From Bugula neritina (Eukaryota > Animalia > Bryozoa), in NCBI GenBank assembly GCA_964035545.1, contig OZ037768.1, positions 11,626,741 to 11,690,740 of the forward strand: 64,000 bases of DNA, in the 5' to 3' direction. Below the pieces are notes generated by a model. The model worked only from the letters and a program-made list of their open reading frames with translations. It was not told the origin of the DNA and searched no databases. A program made the translations under genes and the position numbers. Every line of letters begins with the position of its first letter. Within the stretch, counting starts at the first letter, position 1. Below are positions 1-38,679 of this stretch, in pieces.

Positions 1-2172
1 ATGAGTAATAGTTTTACTTGCATTTACAATTACTTACTGTAGGTGTTTTTGATACCAATTTATCAATCATCAGTGTGATACTGAGTTACTTTTATTAGTA
101 TTATTGTTAGTTGCACTAAGTACTACTGCAATGCTAATTGTAAATAGAATTGTAATGTTGATAGTTGCTGTATCTGGTGATCACTAGTGTAGTCTAATAA
201 AACCGTAATGTGTTGAGTAAGAGATAGTCATAAGTTTCCATATGATTACATATGATTAAATGAGTGCTATATAATAATTTGAATTGTAATTTTTTTAAAT
301 AATAACATTACAATTGTTTCTTCTAGGTTTACTTTTTTAATTAAGACTATTGTTATTACACTTAAATCTTATCTGAAGAAATAACTTAGTTAATGGATAT
401 GGGGATTGTTTTCTTATAATTTAATGCTGTCCCCAGTCTCTTCTTGATAAGAGATGCTAGTTCAGGTTTAATTTTACATATCCTAAAGTTCAAAGTTGAT
501 CACAAGAGTTTGACTTTTTTCATGATATAAGAATTTAAGTTTCATATAGATATAATTCACACAAGCAACTTACATTAATGCTTAGTTTAAGTCATGATGC
601 TGATTATATGCCATATTAAGGTTAGGACAAGAGCTGTCTGTTACAAACCTGTACCATGAATAGATTTTTAATCATAAATTAATATTTAATAACTGTGACT
701 AGTAGCACTAGTGATTGACTCCTACATCTATGCTTTCATGATCACCCTGGTGCAGAGAACAAATGATTTTTATAACATTGAGGTTACTAATGTCTGTAAA
801 TCTGATGTTCACATTTTCCATAAACTTCCTAGTTGATAAAAAGTTTCAACTTTTACTGTTGTTATTGCTATTATTTTCTTATTGAAAGATGCTGTGTTGC
901 ATTAGTCACTGATATTGGCCAGTTGGCAGTCTATAGGTTACTCTTTTTTACTGAAAAAGAAGTGTTTTGTTTAGTTATTTTCAGGACCCATTCACATTTA
1001 AAAAACCTTAGTTTAAGTATTTATTTATTGCCTTAGTATTTGGACACATGACTAATGAGCACTCCATGAATACATGATTTTTAACCAGCCTTTTTGTTTT
1101 CTCAGTGGCTTTTCTTGACATCAGAATATAGGTTGTTCACAAAAATGTCAGTTCAGTTCAGGTTGAATTTAAAACAATTTTTCAACTTATGCCAGATTTG
1201 AGAGCAGTATAGTTACTACTCAGTCTTTTAAAACATGGTAAAATTCAACTGAAATATGTATGTTTTTAGGGACACTCATTGACATATATCTGAGCAATTT
1301 TTAGCTATATGTTTGTTTTTAATACAACTTCAAATGTGTAGTTAATAGGCAGGTTTGTACATCTGGTACTACAAAACTCATCAAGCATTGCTAAGATTGA
1401 ACAACTACATGCTGACTTATTTTTTGATTATTTTTTCTTTTATGAAAATACTCTGTCATCAAATTTTTTGAGAAAATTGTAGCTGTTTTTTTAAGGAGTT
1501 ACCATCTTGATTGCAAAACTTTTTCTATTCTAAAATATGAAAACTGGAAAAGTTCTGACTGCAGTTTGAGCTTACTACAAACTGTATGAGATACTGTTTT
1601 ACTTCATCCAATACATTTCCTGTAACATTTAATGATCACAAGTTATCTCGTTGTTCGATCAAGTCCCTGCGCTAGTAGTTGGTAGTTTTTAACTATTTTT
1701 TACTAGATTTAACTTGAGTCATTCATCAAAACAGGCATTCTGGAATCTAAGCCAGATAATTAGTACACATGTTCTTGTATCTTTTGACTGGGAAAGGGAG
1801 GGCAACTTGTTTCACTCAAAAAATTACAGAAATTGCCAAAATTAACATTATGGGTACTAGCTATCGTGTTCCTTGTGTGAACGGTTTTAGTTGCTGCTAA
1901 ATGCATAAGTATGGGAAAAATAAACAGATACTTTAGTTTCTGGAGTCTTTTTCTGAATCTGTGAAACCTTATAGACTGTAACACTGGTTGGGACTCTGTC
2001 CAGGCATACATTCACATGCTGATACACCTTTACACAACCATTTATAGTACATTGCTAGGAGATGTTTGAAGATGCTAAAAAGTGCTGCTGGGGCAGGCTA
2101 AAGATATGGTTTAAATTTTGAATTTCTTTAAGTTGAACTGAAAAGTGATTTGTCATCCAGCTGCTCTGTTTT

Positions 2173-2286
2173 GATGTATTTTCAGTATACTCTACAGATG
2201 TATATACTTTCAGTATACTCTACAGATGTATATACTTTCAGTATACTCTGCAGATGTTTATACTTTCAGTATACTCTGCAGATGTA
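2173..2286. repeat. 28-bp minisatellite, ~4 copies (TTCAGTATACTCTRCAGATGTWTATACT)
   Basis: Unit starts at 2181, 2209, 2237 and 2265 (period 28). Lies upstream of the first CHD coding exon. Confidence 0.92.
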
Positions 2287-2641
2287 TGATTAGTAAACTA
2301 AAAGTAGTGGAGCTGTAGTATGCTTACACTAGATGTTACAGTTATATATCTTCATTTACTTAAAATTATGCTAATTACGTTGTCTAGTAGCCATGATTGT
2401 ATGTCATTAGCACACTGTGCCATGTAGCCGTAGCCGTAGCTAGTATATTAACTACTAATCTTATAGGTTCGACTCGTGCTTCAATAAGTACCTGTAATTA
2501 AACACATTTCTTTGTTTTCTATTGTAGACTGTATTGAAGTAAGATGCAGTCATATTATGGGATTGCTTGGCATTACCTACACATCCATGCATTCAACTAA
2601 ATTTAATCTTATATCTATGCTTTGTGCCTGACACACACAAA

Positions 2642-29151
<26,510 letters not shown>

Positions 29152-29772
29152 GCATAAGATGGCTAATTCATTAGCAGACCAATTCTTAGCCTTGTTTTAA
29201 CAATTGTTTACTCCCATATTATGCGACCTATCTGGTTATGTTGCAGTCATTTTAGATAATAATCTCTTTTTATATAAATACTGTGTGATTTGAAAGTTAA
29301 CTGGCTATAACTCAACTTTCAGTAAGGCTTTTGTACATATGAGGAATCAGTCGATTAACAAAATGATATTAGCCAAAGGTTTACGAAGCTGCGCTATTAT
29401 TTCCCCAACCTAGGTTTCATTTTATATGTGTATGTATACATACAGATAACTTCTTGTTGTCTGTATTTGAATTATTGTTTTTTGACTTATTATATTGAGT
29501 CATTATTTTGTACATAATGTCATTAATAATAATGTGATTCTGTAAGTAGTAATTGTTACCCAAGGCTCATTTTTTTCTCAACTCTTGTATCTCTAATTTA
29601 TTGCCACTTCTGTGGTCATTGATAGGCTATAAATATGGGTAGCTATAAGTATAGTTTTCATCCAACATGCACAAATTTTTATGTACATTGCTGTAAATCA
29701 AGTAGCTTATTTTCATATTATGTATGCAGTTTGACCAATTTCATATACTGAATTTGTTGAACTTAAAATGGT

Positions 29773-29810
29773 AATAAATTAATGTTCTACAAATTTTTCA
29801 ACCTTTTATT
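29773..29810. terminator. Opposed poly(A) signals of CHD (+, AATAAA 29773-29778) and CCDC92 (-, AATAAA read at 29810-29805)
   Basis: Each is the first canonical hexamer I could find downstream of the respective stop codon. Confidence 0.55.
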
Positions 29811-30036
29811 CTAGTTTTGTATGAACAAGTAATGGGATGCCTCTGCATTGTATTCGATAAATCAATAAGAATTTTCTAACAGGACGTTCATCAAAAAACT
29901 ACGTTATATACATTTATAATGACAAATTTTCACTGCTGTGAAAATATTGCCAAAATTCTCGTTCAAAATGATAAAAGTACAAGATGCATGATACATATAA
30001 TTAAGACTTATACAATACGTATTTTTTGGAAAGTGC

Positions 30037-31134
30037 TCACTTGGTGGCTTTTGGTTCGTGTACCCAGGTGTTGGTATTGTCGGCTAGCTTGTCTACAGCT
30101 AGCTTTGTGTAGTCAGTACCTGACTTTATATCCAATCGACGTTGCAGGAGTTTCTGTCTTCTACTGTGTGACCTCCTGGCCTCACCATCTATTATCGGTG
30201 GAAGAACTGGTGGTGTTGGTTTAATATTCATAGCTTCCTGATCAACATCAGTAGTGGCTATTACTGCTCTAGTTAAAAACACCTCAGCATCAGAAACTGT
30301 TGATTTAGTTTTTGCAGTTACTGGTCTGGACTCTATGTCTGATGCTGATGGCAGTCGCTTTGGTCTTCTCCTTGTTCCATGGCTACTTGATGGAGGGGAA
30401 GGCACAGCCTCTAGTTTCTCTGCCACCTTGAATCTATGCATTTCTGTGGTCAAATAAGCGATTGTACTACCTTTGTTATTAAGTTCAACTTTCAATGTCA
30501 GTATCTGTTGATCTTTCCCTTTCAACTCTTCCATAAATCTCTTTTCACCTTTTTTAAGTTGAGTTTTTAGGTCTTTCATATCTGTTATTTTGCTGATTAA
30601 CTCATCCTCTAGATTCTTGTTTTGTGATTCTTTTTCATGGAGTGCTCTTTCTAACTCATTTATTCTTTTATCTTTATCTACAATACCATATTATCAATCC
30701 AGTTTTCAGAGTTCAGTAAAATTACGGCTATATAATATGCACATGTATGTATAACTTTTATTGGGTTTAAAATATGTGCGGAGTTTCTTAAAATAGTACA
30801 CATTTACCTTGAAGACTTGTCTGGGAGTCACTTGCATCTCTCATTGTTAGCTCAAATGTTAATTCTGCAAAAAATAAACTTCAAAAACATGGTATTTGTA
30901 TTTGATAAAAATTCAATAAAATAAGTTTTAAAACTATTATTTAAAACTGCCATAATGTAACATTTTTATCATTTAGAACTTACACACTAAGTACTTTGTA
31001 ACTATACCTCTGCATTTTTTCTGTAAACCAGCAATCTCCTCATGAAGTGCTTTTAATGTGTTTGAATGCTCTTGTTGCATAAAAAGCAGTGAACTTTGCA
31101 AGTTTTGCTTTTCTGATTCTAATTGTGAGATCAT
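30037..31134 (-). CDS. CCDC92: Coiled-coil domain-containing protein 92-like, ~274 aa
   Basis: Exons 31134-31008, 30864-30808 and 30677-30037 are in frame (825 nt). LQSSLLFMQQEHSNTLKALHEEIAGLQKKCRELTFEL matches the CCDC92 N-terminal coiled coil; PPVLPPI and LAVD occur in the C-terminus. The start codon is uncertain because the frame is open back to the acceptor at 31159. Confidence 0.82.
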
Positions 31135-32099
31135 GTTTGCATCTAAGTTTGATGGCAAACTAGTATGAATGTATTCTACAAAAGTGAAATGCATTAAATT
31201 ATTAATCATATATAGTTTATATAGGTTATAGCTGCCTTTGATAGTTGATTTAATTTTGTTTAAAAAATGTATAAATGCACCAGCAGCAGTGTGTTGAGAT
31301 TGCTTAGCATAGAAGTTTATGGTTCCAATTTCAACACTTGAATAAGGTAAAATTGTTTTTGTTCCAAATCTAAGCTTATAAAACTAGGATGTTTAATTAT
31401 AAAAATATTATTTTAGAGTTTTTTTTTTAATTTTTTAGCTAACATTAATCAACATTAGCACTATTTCAAAACTTTAAACTATAAGAATTAGTGCTTTAGC
31501 ATAAGCTATTCAACTGTTGATCCGAGAATACAGCTACATGTGCAAATGTGATAAGAGATGGAATGCACAACTAATAGTTTTTATTTGTAGGTGAATAAAT
31601 AGTCACACAATTAAGCTATTGGTACTATAATTATAACTTTTAATGTAATAAAACATACATTATGTGTTAGTCAGTAACTGACTAACAATAAGTATAACAT
31701 AATTCTAAAACAATTATAATCATTATGATTATGACTATTAGTATTACTATGAGAAAACTTTGTGTCAGTGTGGCTGTCTAGAAATAGTGATTCAATAAAA
31801 TGTTATTTCTGTTGTACATTGAACAGAAATATTACTAATAGTAATACTATAACTATTTTAATCATTATAAAAACGCTTGATTACAATTGTTAATTGTTAT
31901 AATAGATGTAATACCTCAAACTCAATCTGAACCTCATCTACCAGTACTTGACAGAGTTGACAACTAGCCACTAGGTCTAATCTGGTATTATAATTAGTTT
32001 TGCTTTTAAAACATGCAGATTTTATTACAGCCTATTCATCCTATTTTAGATAATCTCTTTGATAAATTGCAATAGTGAATTTGCTTTCAGTTAGTGCTG

Positions 32100-32315
32100 A
32101 GAAATAACTAAAAAATCGATGAATAAAAGAAACTTTTTAGCTTTGTTTATATTGTTGCGGCACAACCGCACTGCTTTGTGGGACGTAAATATTGTGTCTT
32201 TGGTGGAGAAGTTCATAAAGGTTTATTTTGCCGCAATAATACAAGGTCACAGTTATCATCACCAACACCAGTTTGTTTATTTATTCTTTGATAATCCAGA
32301 ATTAGATGTTGCACA
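32100..32315. promoter_or_regulatory. Candidate bidirectional promoter core for CCDC92 (-) and SIRT6 (+)
   Basis: Local CpG enrichment flanked on both sides by low-complexity tracts, as at the USE1/SAXO5 promoter. Contains AATCGATG (32114-32121) and a weak X-box-like GTTGCGGCACAAC (32154-32166). Inference only. Confidence 0.35.
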
Positions 32316-33850
32316 GTACGAGTATCAGTATGAGTATGAGTATTATGAAGAAAAAGTGTAGCGTTTAAAAATACTAACAGATATGAAATTAAAACTATTC
32401 TAAAAATATGAAGCTCACTATGAATATAATTTATATAGTATTTAGTATAATACATGTGTACTAGTTGCATGAAATATTAATAATAATATGCTAATGCAGT
32501 TTTGATAATGATAAATTGATAGGCAAAAATCTAAAGAATTAGAAATAGAATACACTTGTAGTTGTACTACAACTAGTACTTGTAGTCTCACTGTCTCAGT
32601 CTGAGTCTTCTTGTTCATTAAACTTAGAGTGAGTTATTAATATTATTCTTATACTTATAACTATTATAGTATTACTATTAGTATTACTATTACTGTTATA
32701 CCAATTGAAACATCTATGATTATTATTATACTATAAGTATATGAGTATATCAATATGCTTATAGTTATACTTATACTTATAGTATTACTATTAGTATTAG
32801 TATTACTATTAGTATTAGTCATTACTCATTACTAATGCTAAATAAACAATTACTTACTTACTTCGATTACTTCGACTTTAGCACACGCTAGATCACCATA
32901 AGGCGCAAGAGGCGTGCCTCAGCAGCTTGTTACAATACATTTGACATAGAATTATAACTGTATTTGCATACATTATGCATTTTAAATTTGGTAATTGTAG
33001 TACCTTGCAGGTTATCATTTATCAAGTATTTAGGGAGTTCCAATTCTTAGGTCTCTAATAGTGCGCGGTAGGAAGCTGTTATGATATGCTGTGCACATGG
33101 CAGATATCGCAGTTGGTATTCCGTTAGAGGCAGCCCTCGTGGTAACCGTAGCGGTTGACTTGTCCTTTGTCAGTTCAGTGTAGCTGGAAGATAATGCCTG
33201 ATGACATTCTTCTTTGGACAAGATCTTCAAAAGGAGGGTTATTCGTAGGCTTTTGCGACGATCTTCCAGTGATGATATGTTGAGTTGTTCTCTTGCATCA
33301 CTGATGCTAGCCTCCCGGCCTTTGAGACAGCAGATGAATCTAATAGCTCGGTTCTGGACTAACTCAATTTCCTTCACAAGTTGCTTTGTTACAGGATCCC
33401 ATAACTTATACTAATAACTATAAGTATTAGTATAAGTTATAGTTCTTGCAATAATCATGAATTAAAATATGAGACTAGTAATAGTTATTACATTTGCTGT
33501 TAACCTTGAAATTAAAGTTAAACTTAAAGTTAATGTTATTGATTGGATGTCAAAATGAAAATCACAATGACAATCACAATAGTAGGACTAAATGATGACC
33601 GCAATGACAATGTGAATGTACTACTCATAGTGAATAGTCATACTGCTGTCTGCTACCCTACGGCTACTGTCTGCTAAATCTAATACTAATAATAATACTA
33701 ATTGTGATACTGATAATCGTATGCGTGATCACCTGACAGTTGATGCCATGGTGATAGGGATATTCATTTTATCATAGCCATACTCATAGGTTGTAGTATT
33801 ATTAGTGGTAGTAGAATGGTGAGTGCACATGGGAATGATTAGTATTACAA
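32316..33850. repeat. Degenerate 3/6-bp-periodic low-complexity tract (AGTATG/ACTATT/ACAATG), interrupted by the LINE
   Basis: Examples: GAGTATCAGTATGAGTATGAGTAT (32320-32343), TAGTATTACTATTAGTATTAG (~32780-32820), AAAATGAAAATCACAATGACAATCACAAT (~33552-33580). Confidence 0.75.
32851..33401 (-). mobile_element. 5'-truncated non-LTR retrotransposon (CR1/L2-group-like): ORF2 C-terminus, 3' UTR and microsatellite tail
   Basis: The frame 33400-33030 is open: WDPVTKQLVKEIELVQNRAIRFI...LEDRRKSLRITLLLKI...YHNSFLPRTIRDL, the typical post-RT C-terminus of CR1/L2-like LINEs. The 3' end reads ...GTCGAAGTAATCGAAGTAAGTAAGTA on the minus strand. Confidence 0.85.
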
Positions 33851-34271
33851 CTAAAGCTTTAGTTAAAATATTATTCTTTCCTTATTCTCCTATTTATTAG
33901 AAAAATTAATAGCGCCATGCGATTACTTTAGGCTTTATGGCAGCCCATAACTGTTTTATTGTACACAACAGTATGCTGCATACTACGAAGTTAACCAAGA
34001 GCAGGGGTGCAGTGTAATATTATGTTTCCCTGGAACTTCAACTTTGGAGTGATTTTAGTTTTGGTTTTATCACTTTAATAGGCTTGAAAATGTAAACAAA
34101 ATAGGATTTTATTTGCTATAGAATGATATATTATGTAGCAAAAGACCTTGAAGAAATTTCTTTGTATAAAACTCTATCATATGTCATATGGTAATATAAG
34201 AAGTTTGTGTATGGTTATGTACATTTACAGTGTTCAAAGAAGACTGAACTTTAAAGGAATTCATTTCAAAC

Positions 34272-37200
34272 ATGTCTGTAAACTATGCAGCAGGCCTGTC
34301 AGATTATGCTCACAAGGGAAAGTGTGGACAGCCAGAGTTTATTGACTCTGATGAAGAACTGAGAGATAAAATTGAACAACTCACTGCATTGATAAAAAGC
34401 AGTAAGCACTGTGTAGTTCTTACTGGAGCTGGAATCAGTACGTCAACTGGTATCCCTGATTTTAGAGGTCCTAAAGGTAACTGATAAATATAGTATTTAT
34501 GTGTTGATGTCTAGTTTAGCTTATCAAAAACCTAATATGTCTCACAATAGATAATTTGATAAACAATATAATTTTGGTTATGTGTAACATTTATATGCCA
34601 AGGAAATTGTTTATGCCTGTTTATGAATTGTCACCCAATTGAGCATATTTTATACTGAATGTGTTATATGCGTGCTTGCCTAATTTCTTAGATATTCTGC
34701 AATTATATAAAATAGGTGTGTGGACGCTAGAAGAAAAAGGTGTTGACCCTACATTCACAACGACTTTTGATGATGCGATACCCTCGTATTCGCATATGGC
34801 TCTTGTAGCATTAGAGCAATGTGGTGAGTAGTGGCGTCAGGCCACTACATTCTTACTTCATTCATAAAGAATAATATTATATTTTTCCAAATATATCTGA
34901 TTTGTGATTTAACCGTCATTTATGAGTCATGTTTACATTATGCTCTCTCTGTATCTCACTAAGCTACGGTCACGAAACTTCAATTCGTGACATAGTCTAC
35001 CATATTTAACTCATGAATCTGTTAAATTTGGCCATTTTGTCCTTGTACATACATATATAAGCCACAAAACAGGGGTCCAAGCCCTTCTCGAGACTTATGG
35101 AATTTTATGAGATGTAGAGAGAGCACTGTACTGATGTCTGAGATAGCTGTTAGAATAGTTTTTATTATTCAAATCCTGCTATTTTAGGTATAGTTAAGTA
35201 TTTGGTCACACAGAATGTTGATGGCTTACATGGCCGGAGTGGTTTCCCACTAGACAGAATGTCAATACTACACGGCGATATGTTCATTGAGCAATGTGAA
35301 AAGTGCAATCAAAAGGTGTAGTACACAAAATCTTAAATAGCAAGAAAATGTTATCTAACTGGATTGGAAAGTATTTTAATAGAAAAGTTATGCAAATTAT
35401 TTAGTGCTTGAGTAAATACTGGATTCATCTTGAAAGGAGTGCAGCACCAAATTGCTATTTTAAATACATAAGAACAAATACATCTATGAATATACGAGTA
35501 TTTGTATAAAGTTAATATAAAAGCTTTACTTTGAATATTATTAAGAAATACAGTTCCACTTTACCGTTCTCAAAGTTTGTAATTGAAATATAAACCTGCT
35601 TATGTGTTCTCTTACAGATTCCAGCTAATTTTTGCACTCTACATTTTTGCACTCTACATGGTTGATAAATTGAATATAATACAAGTGTTTAGTGTTTAGT
35701 TGATATGCATATTCACTACTCACTTCCATGGCCGTAGTATGCACAAGTTCAAAATAAGATCTATAAATTAACATGGTGTATATATAATATAATCCCATAC
35801 AACATTGATTCAGTTTATAATCAGAATTTTGAAAAGTTTAAATTAACACTCAACTCTGTTTTGGGCTGACTAGCTAATTACTTACCATGTAGTCCAAGAT
35901 TGTGAAAAATCAGATATCCCATTTAGTATGGATTGTGGCAAATTACAATGTCCTACATTTGCCAGTATTATTATGCTTAGGAAAATTTAATAATTGTTGA
36001 TGTTTTGGTAGAGACTGGTGTTATTCATAGCTGTGTATTTTGAGTTATTCTATAGTCTATATTGTCCTTGTAGTTTATCAGGAGTAGCAGTGTGAACACA
36101 ATGGGACTCAAGTACACGGGTACTAGCTGTATTAATAAATCCAGGAGAGGTGTAGGATGCAGGTATAAGTATAAACCACACTCTTGCTTGTGCAAATAGG
36201 GAATTGAAGTTTGAGAAAATACTTGTTCCCTTCACATGTTAAGATCACTGATCAACTTTTTGCAGAGCTGATTGTGGTATTGGTCATATCTTTATAACAG
36301 GCTTTAAGGCCTCGTGTGACAATTTATGTGAGTTATCCTCTCGTTATGACCAGCCACACACTTGTCGGACAAAACACATAATAAATAGTCTGTGAATGAG
36401 TCTGGCACGAGATACAAACAGCAGAAAATTGCCAAACAGAGAAACGTGGTAGAAATGAAATAATTGCCGTTGCTAAAATTCTATTGACCAATCAAATGGT
36501 GCTTATTGTTGATTGCGATTTTTTTTTTTCTGGTTATTGTCTTCATTGGGTGCACCCAACGAAGATGATTTCCTTTGAATTCCCTCAAATTTGATCGTAC
36601 ATTTGTGTTTTCATCTCAAATAGACGATTTCGTGTGATTTTCACGAGCATGAGGCCAGACCTTTAGCTGTTACTCTTTCCTGTCTCATACACCATCTGTT
36701 AGCATAGGTATCCCTTGTAATATAGTCATACCATGCAGCCTCTTCTTTCTCAGACAAACGTGAATCTCTATTTCTTCCACTGGTCCTAGTTGTTTCACTC
36801 CGTAATGTGTTTCCTTGTATCTCAACATCATGAAGCAGCCGTGGTCTAGGGGTTAGAGTGTAAGCACGAAGTCTTGGGTTCGAGCCCCATCAAAGGCCAT
36901 TGGTGATGTTAGGAAGAGCATTCAGTCATAATTGCTCCTGTGTCCATCTGAGTAAGTCCTTGGCCCCATTTAACAAAAGAAAACTTCCATCAGGGGTTTT
37001 CTCACAGGGATGGTGACTATAAACTTGTGTGAGTGAGTTTTTGTATCTCAACATCATTGTTTTGCATGAATTTAACTTTTGTGTTCATACCTTCTTAGTG
37101 GCTCATGTTTTACTTCTGAGTGCTATTTTTAATACAAATACATTTTCATATATTCCCTATAATATCTCATACTGTGTACCACTGTAGTTGTCTCTCCACA

Positions 37201-38679
37201 CTTGCTTCATTCACTCTGTATCCTGTTGGTGTGGAATATACAAATGGTTGACTATTCTGTTGTAGAGGGAAGTTAAGAGATACTATTTTAGACTGGGAAG
37301 ATGCTTTACCAGAGAAAGAGTTTGAAGCTGCTCTAGAACATTCTAAGTAAGAGTTGTCTACTTCTTTTGCTTTCCATTAAATTATTATCTAATTTGAACA
37401 TAGATGAATTGTAAAAGTAGAGCAAACTTTTAAAACACAAGCCTCGCATTTAATTAGAAAGCCACATCCTAACTAAACAAAGTAATTTTTGCACTTTATC
37501 GATTTAAGTTTGAACCCTTGAAGTATTGAAGTATAATTATGTATAATTGTAATGAATATTTCTAAATGTTACTTGCTAACTCTATATAGAATTTCAATGA
37601 TAACATTCGGCTGGTAACAATGCTTCCTTAGTGTGCCTGAAATTCTCTCACTCAAGTTTTTTCATGACTTTCATTAATTTCTTTTAAGCTTGAGCTCATG
37701 TTAGTGCTTAGCATTTAGTATTAGTATTACAGTATTTTTGTGTTCCCGTTTTGTAATATTGATTGCAATCTATCTCTTATTTTTCACCAGGAAAGCAGAC
37801 GTTTACCTTGTGCTAGGGTCTTCTCTGCAGATTGTACCTGCCGGGAATTTACCTCTACACTGCAGAAAGACTGGAGGTATGTACTCTACACTCTGCCTGT
37901 TAATGTACAGGTGAATGTGTTGTGGTTAACTACCAGCCAACTTCCACCAAGGATTCTAGTATAAAATATTGAATAAAGTTATTTCTGTAAATCTAGTATT
38001 TCAGAGCAGTCTTGAAAAATGATATATTTCATAAAGTATATTTATATTTTATATTATCATAATTTTATAATATAATGGCTTTATAATATATAGTTATAAA
38101 ATCAAATGCTTAAATTGAAGTGCTTTCAGTCTAGAGTTTCTAGAGTTGGCGAATATAAGCTGTACTAACTTATTTATTGTGAGTGGTTTACAATTTCTAA
38201 CATATTAAACTTGCTCAGGTGTGAGAGAAACCGCTTTATATTCTCAAATTGCTGTTATAAACTATGGCCAGCGAAAACTTTTTGATTTGCAGCAAGCAAA
38301 GCGTCTGATTTGAATTGTAGGAAAGTTTATATCAGTAAATCTGCAGAAAACTAAGCACCACAAGAAGACGGACATTGTGATACACAGTTACATTGATGGG
38401 GTGATGAAAGGGTTGTGTGATGCACTTGGAGTTGTCGTACCTACGTACAGTGCTCCACGTGTTCTGCTACACTCACAACATTGTTTGAAGAAAGGGAGTT
38501 GTCTTTCCAGTAAGACGTCAATTTTTGACAGCAACCATTTTCTTAATATAGACTCCAAGTTCGATGACAAAAAGGCAATTTTGGATGTGAAACCTAGTCT
38601 TAATTCAACTGACCTCAAGCGTAAATTTGATATACCTAATGATGATATGGTTAAGAAAGAATCTAAATTTGATACTTAA
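34272..38679 (+). CDS. SIRT6: NAD-dependent deacylase sirtuin-6, 7 coding exons, ~351 aa
   Basis: Exons 34272-34476, 34716-34823, 35188-35315, 36074-36162, 37266-37346, 37791-37876 and 38321-38679 (1,056 nt). Motifs: [10 protein letters not shown] start, [35 protein letters not shown], Zn cysteines CEKC...C...[26 protein letters not shown]. Confidence 0.96.
34936..35128. mobile_element. Tc1/mariner-pogo-type MITE (~190 bp) in SIRT6 intron 2
   Basis: 18-bp inverted repeats TGCTCTCTCTGTATCTCA (34941-34958) and TGAGATGTAGAGAGAGCA (35108-35125), 2 mismatches. The right end reads CACTG|TA and TA is also present at 34934-34935. Internal hairpin GTCACGAA-7nt-TTCGTGAC (34969-34991). Confidence 0.7.
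36308..36656. mobile_element. Putative non-autonomous DNA element rich in palindromes, in SIRT6 intron 4
   Basis: Near-perfect 26-bp palindrome TCTTCATTGGGTGCACCCAACGAAGA (36540-36565) after a poly-T run; GGCCTC...GAGGCC ends; higher CpG than the flanks. Boundaries are uncertain. Confidence 0.35.
36832..37040 (+). mobile_element. tRNA-derived SINE (209 bp) with a perfect 17-bp target-site duplication
   Basis: Pol III A box TGGTCTAGGGG (36842-36852) and B box GGTTCGAGCCC (36877-36887); GTGTGAGTGAGT tail. The direct repeat TTGTATCTCAACATCAT lies at 36815-36831 and 37041-37057. Confidence 0.9.

Noticed and set aside
2173-2286. CRISPR-like array (28-bp palindromic repeats)
   Set aside because: Units are head-to-tail with no unique spacers, no cas genes are present, and the context is eukaryotic.
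2466-2487. Pol III B-box (GGTTCGACTC) or a 5' UTR microexon
   Set aside because: No convincing A box or tRNA fold, and the implied downstream intron would be only ~40 nt.
35268-35285. SIRT6 LHGDMF instead of LHGNMF as a catalytic anomaly
   Set aside because: The catalytic His is intact and, as I recall, Asp occurs at this position in other class IV sirtuins.
36832-36900. Functional tRNA gene
   Set aside because: No complete acceptor stem or anticodon arm, and it is embedded in a TSD-flanked unit with a repeat tail, so it is a SINE head.
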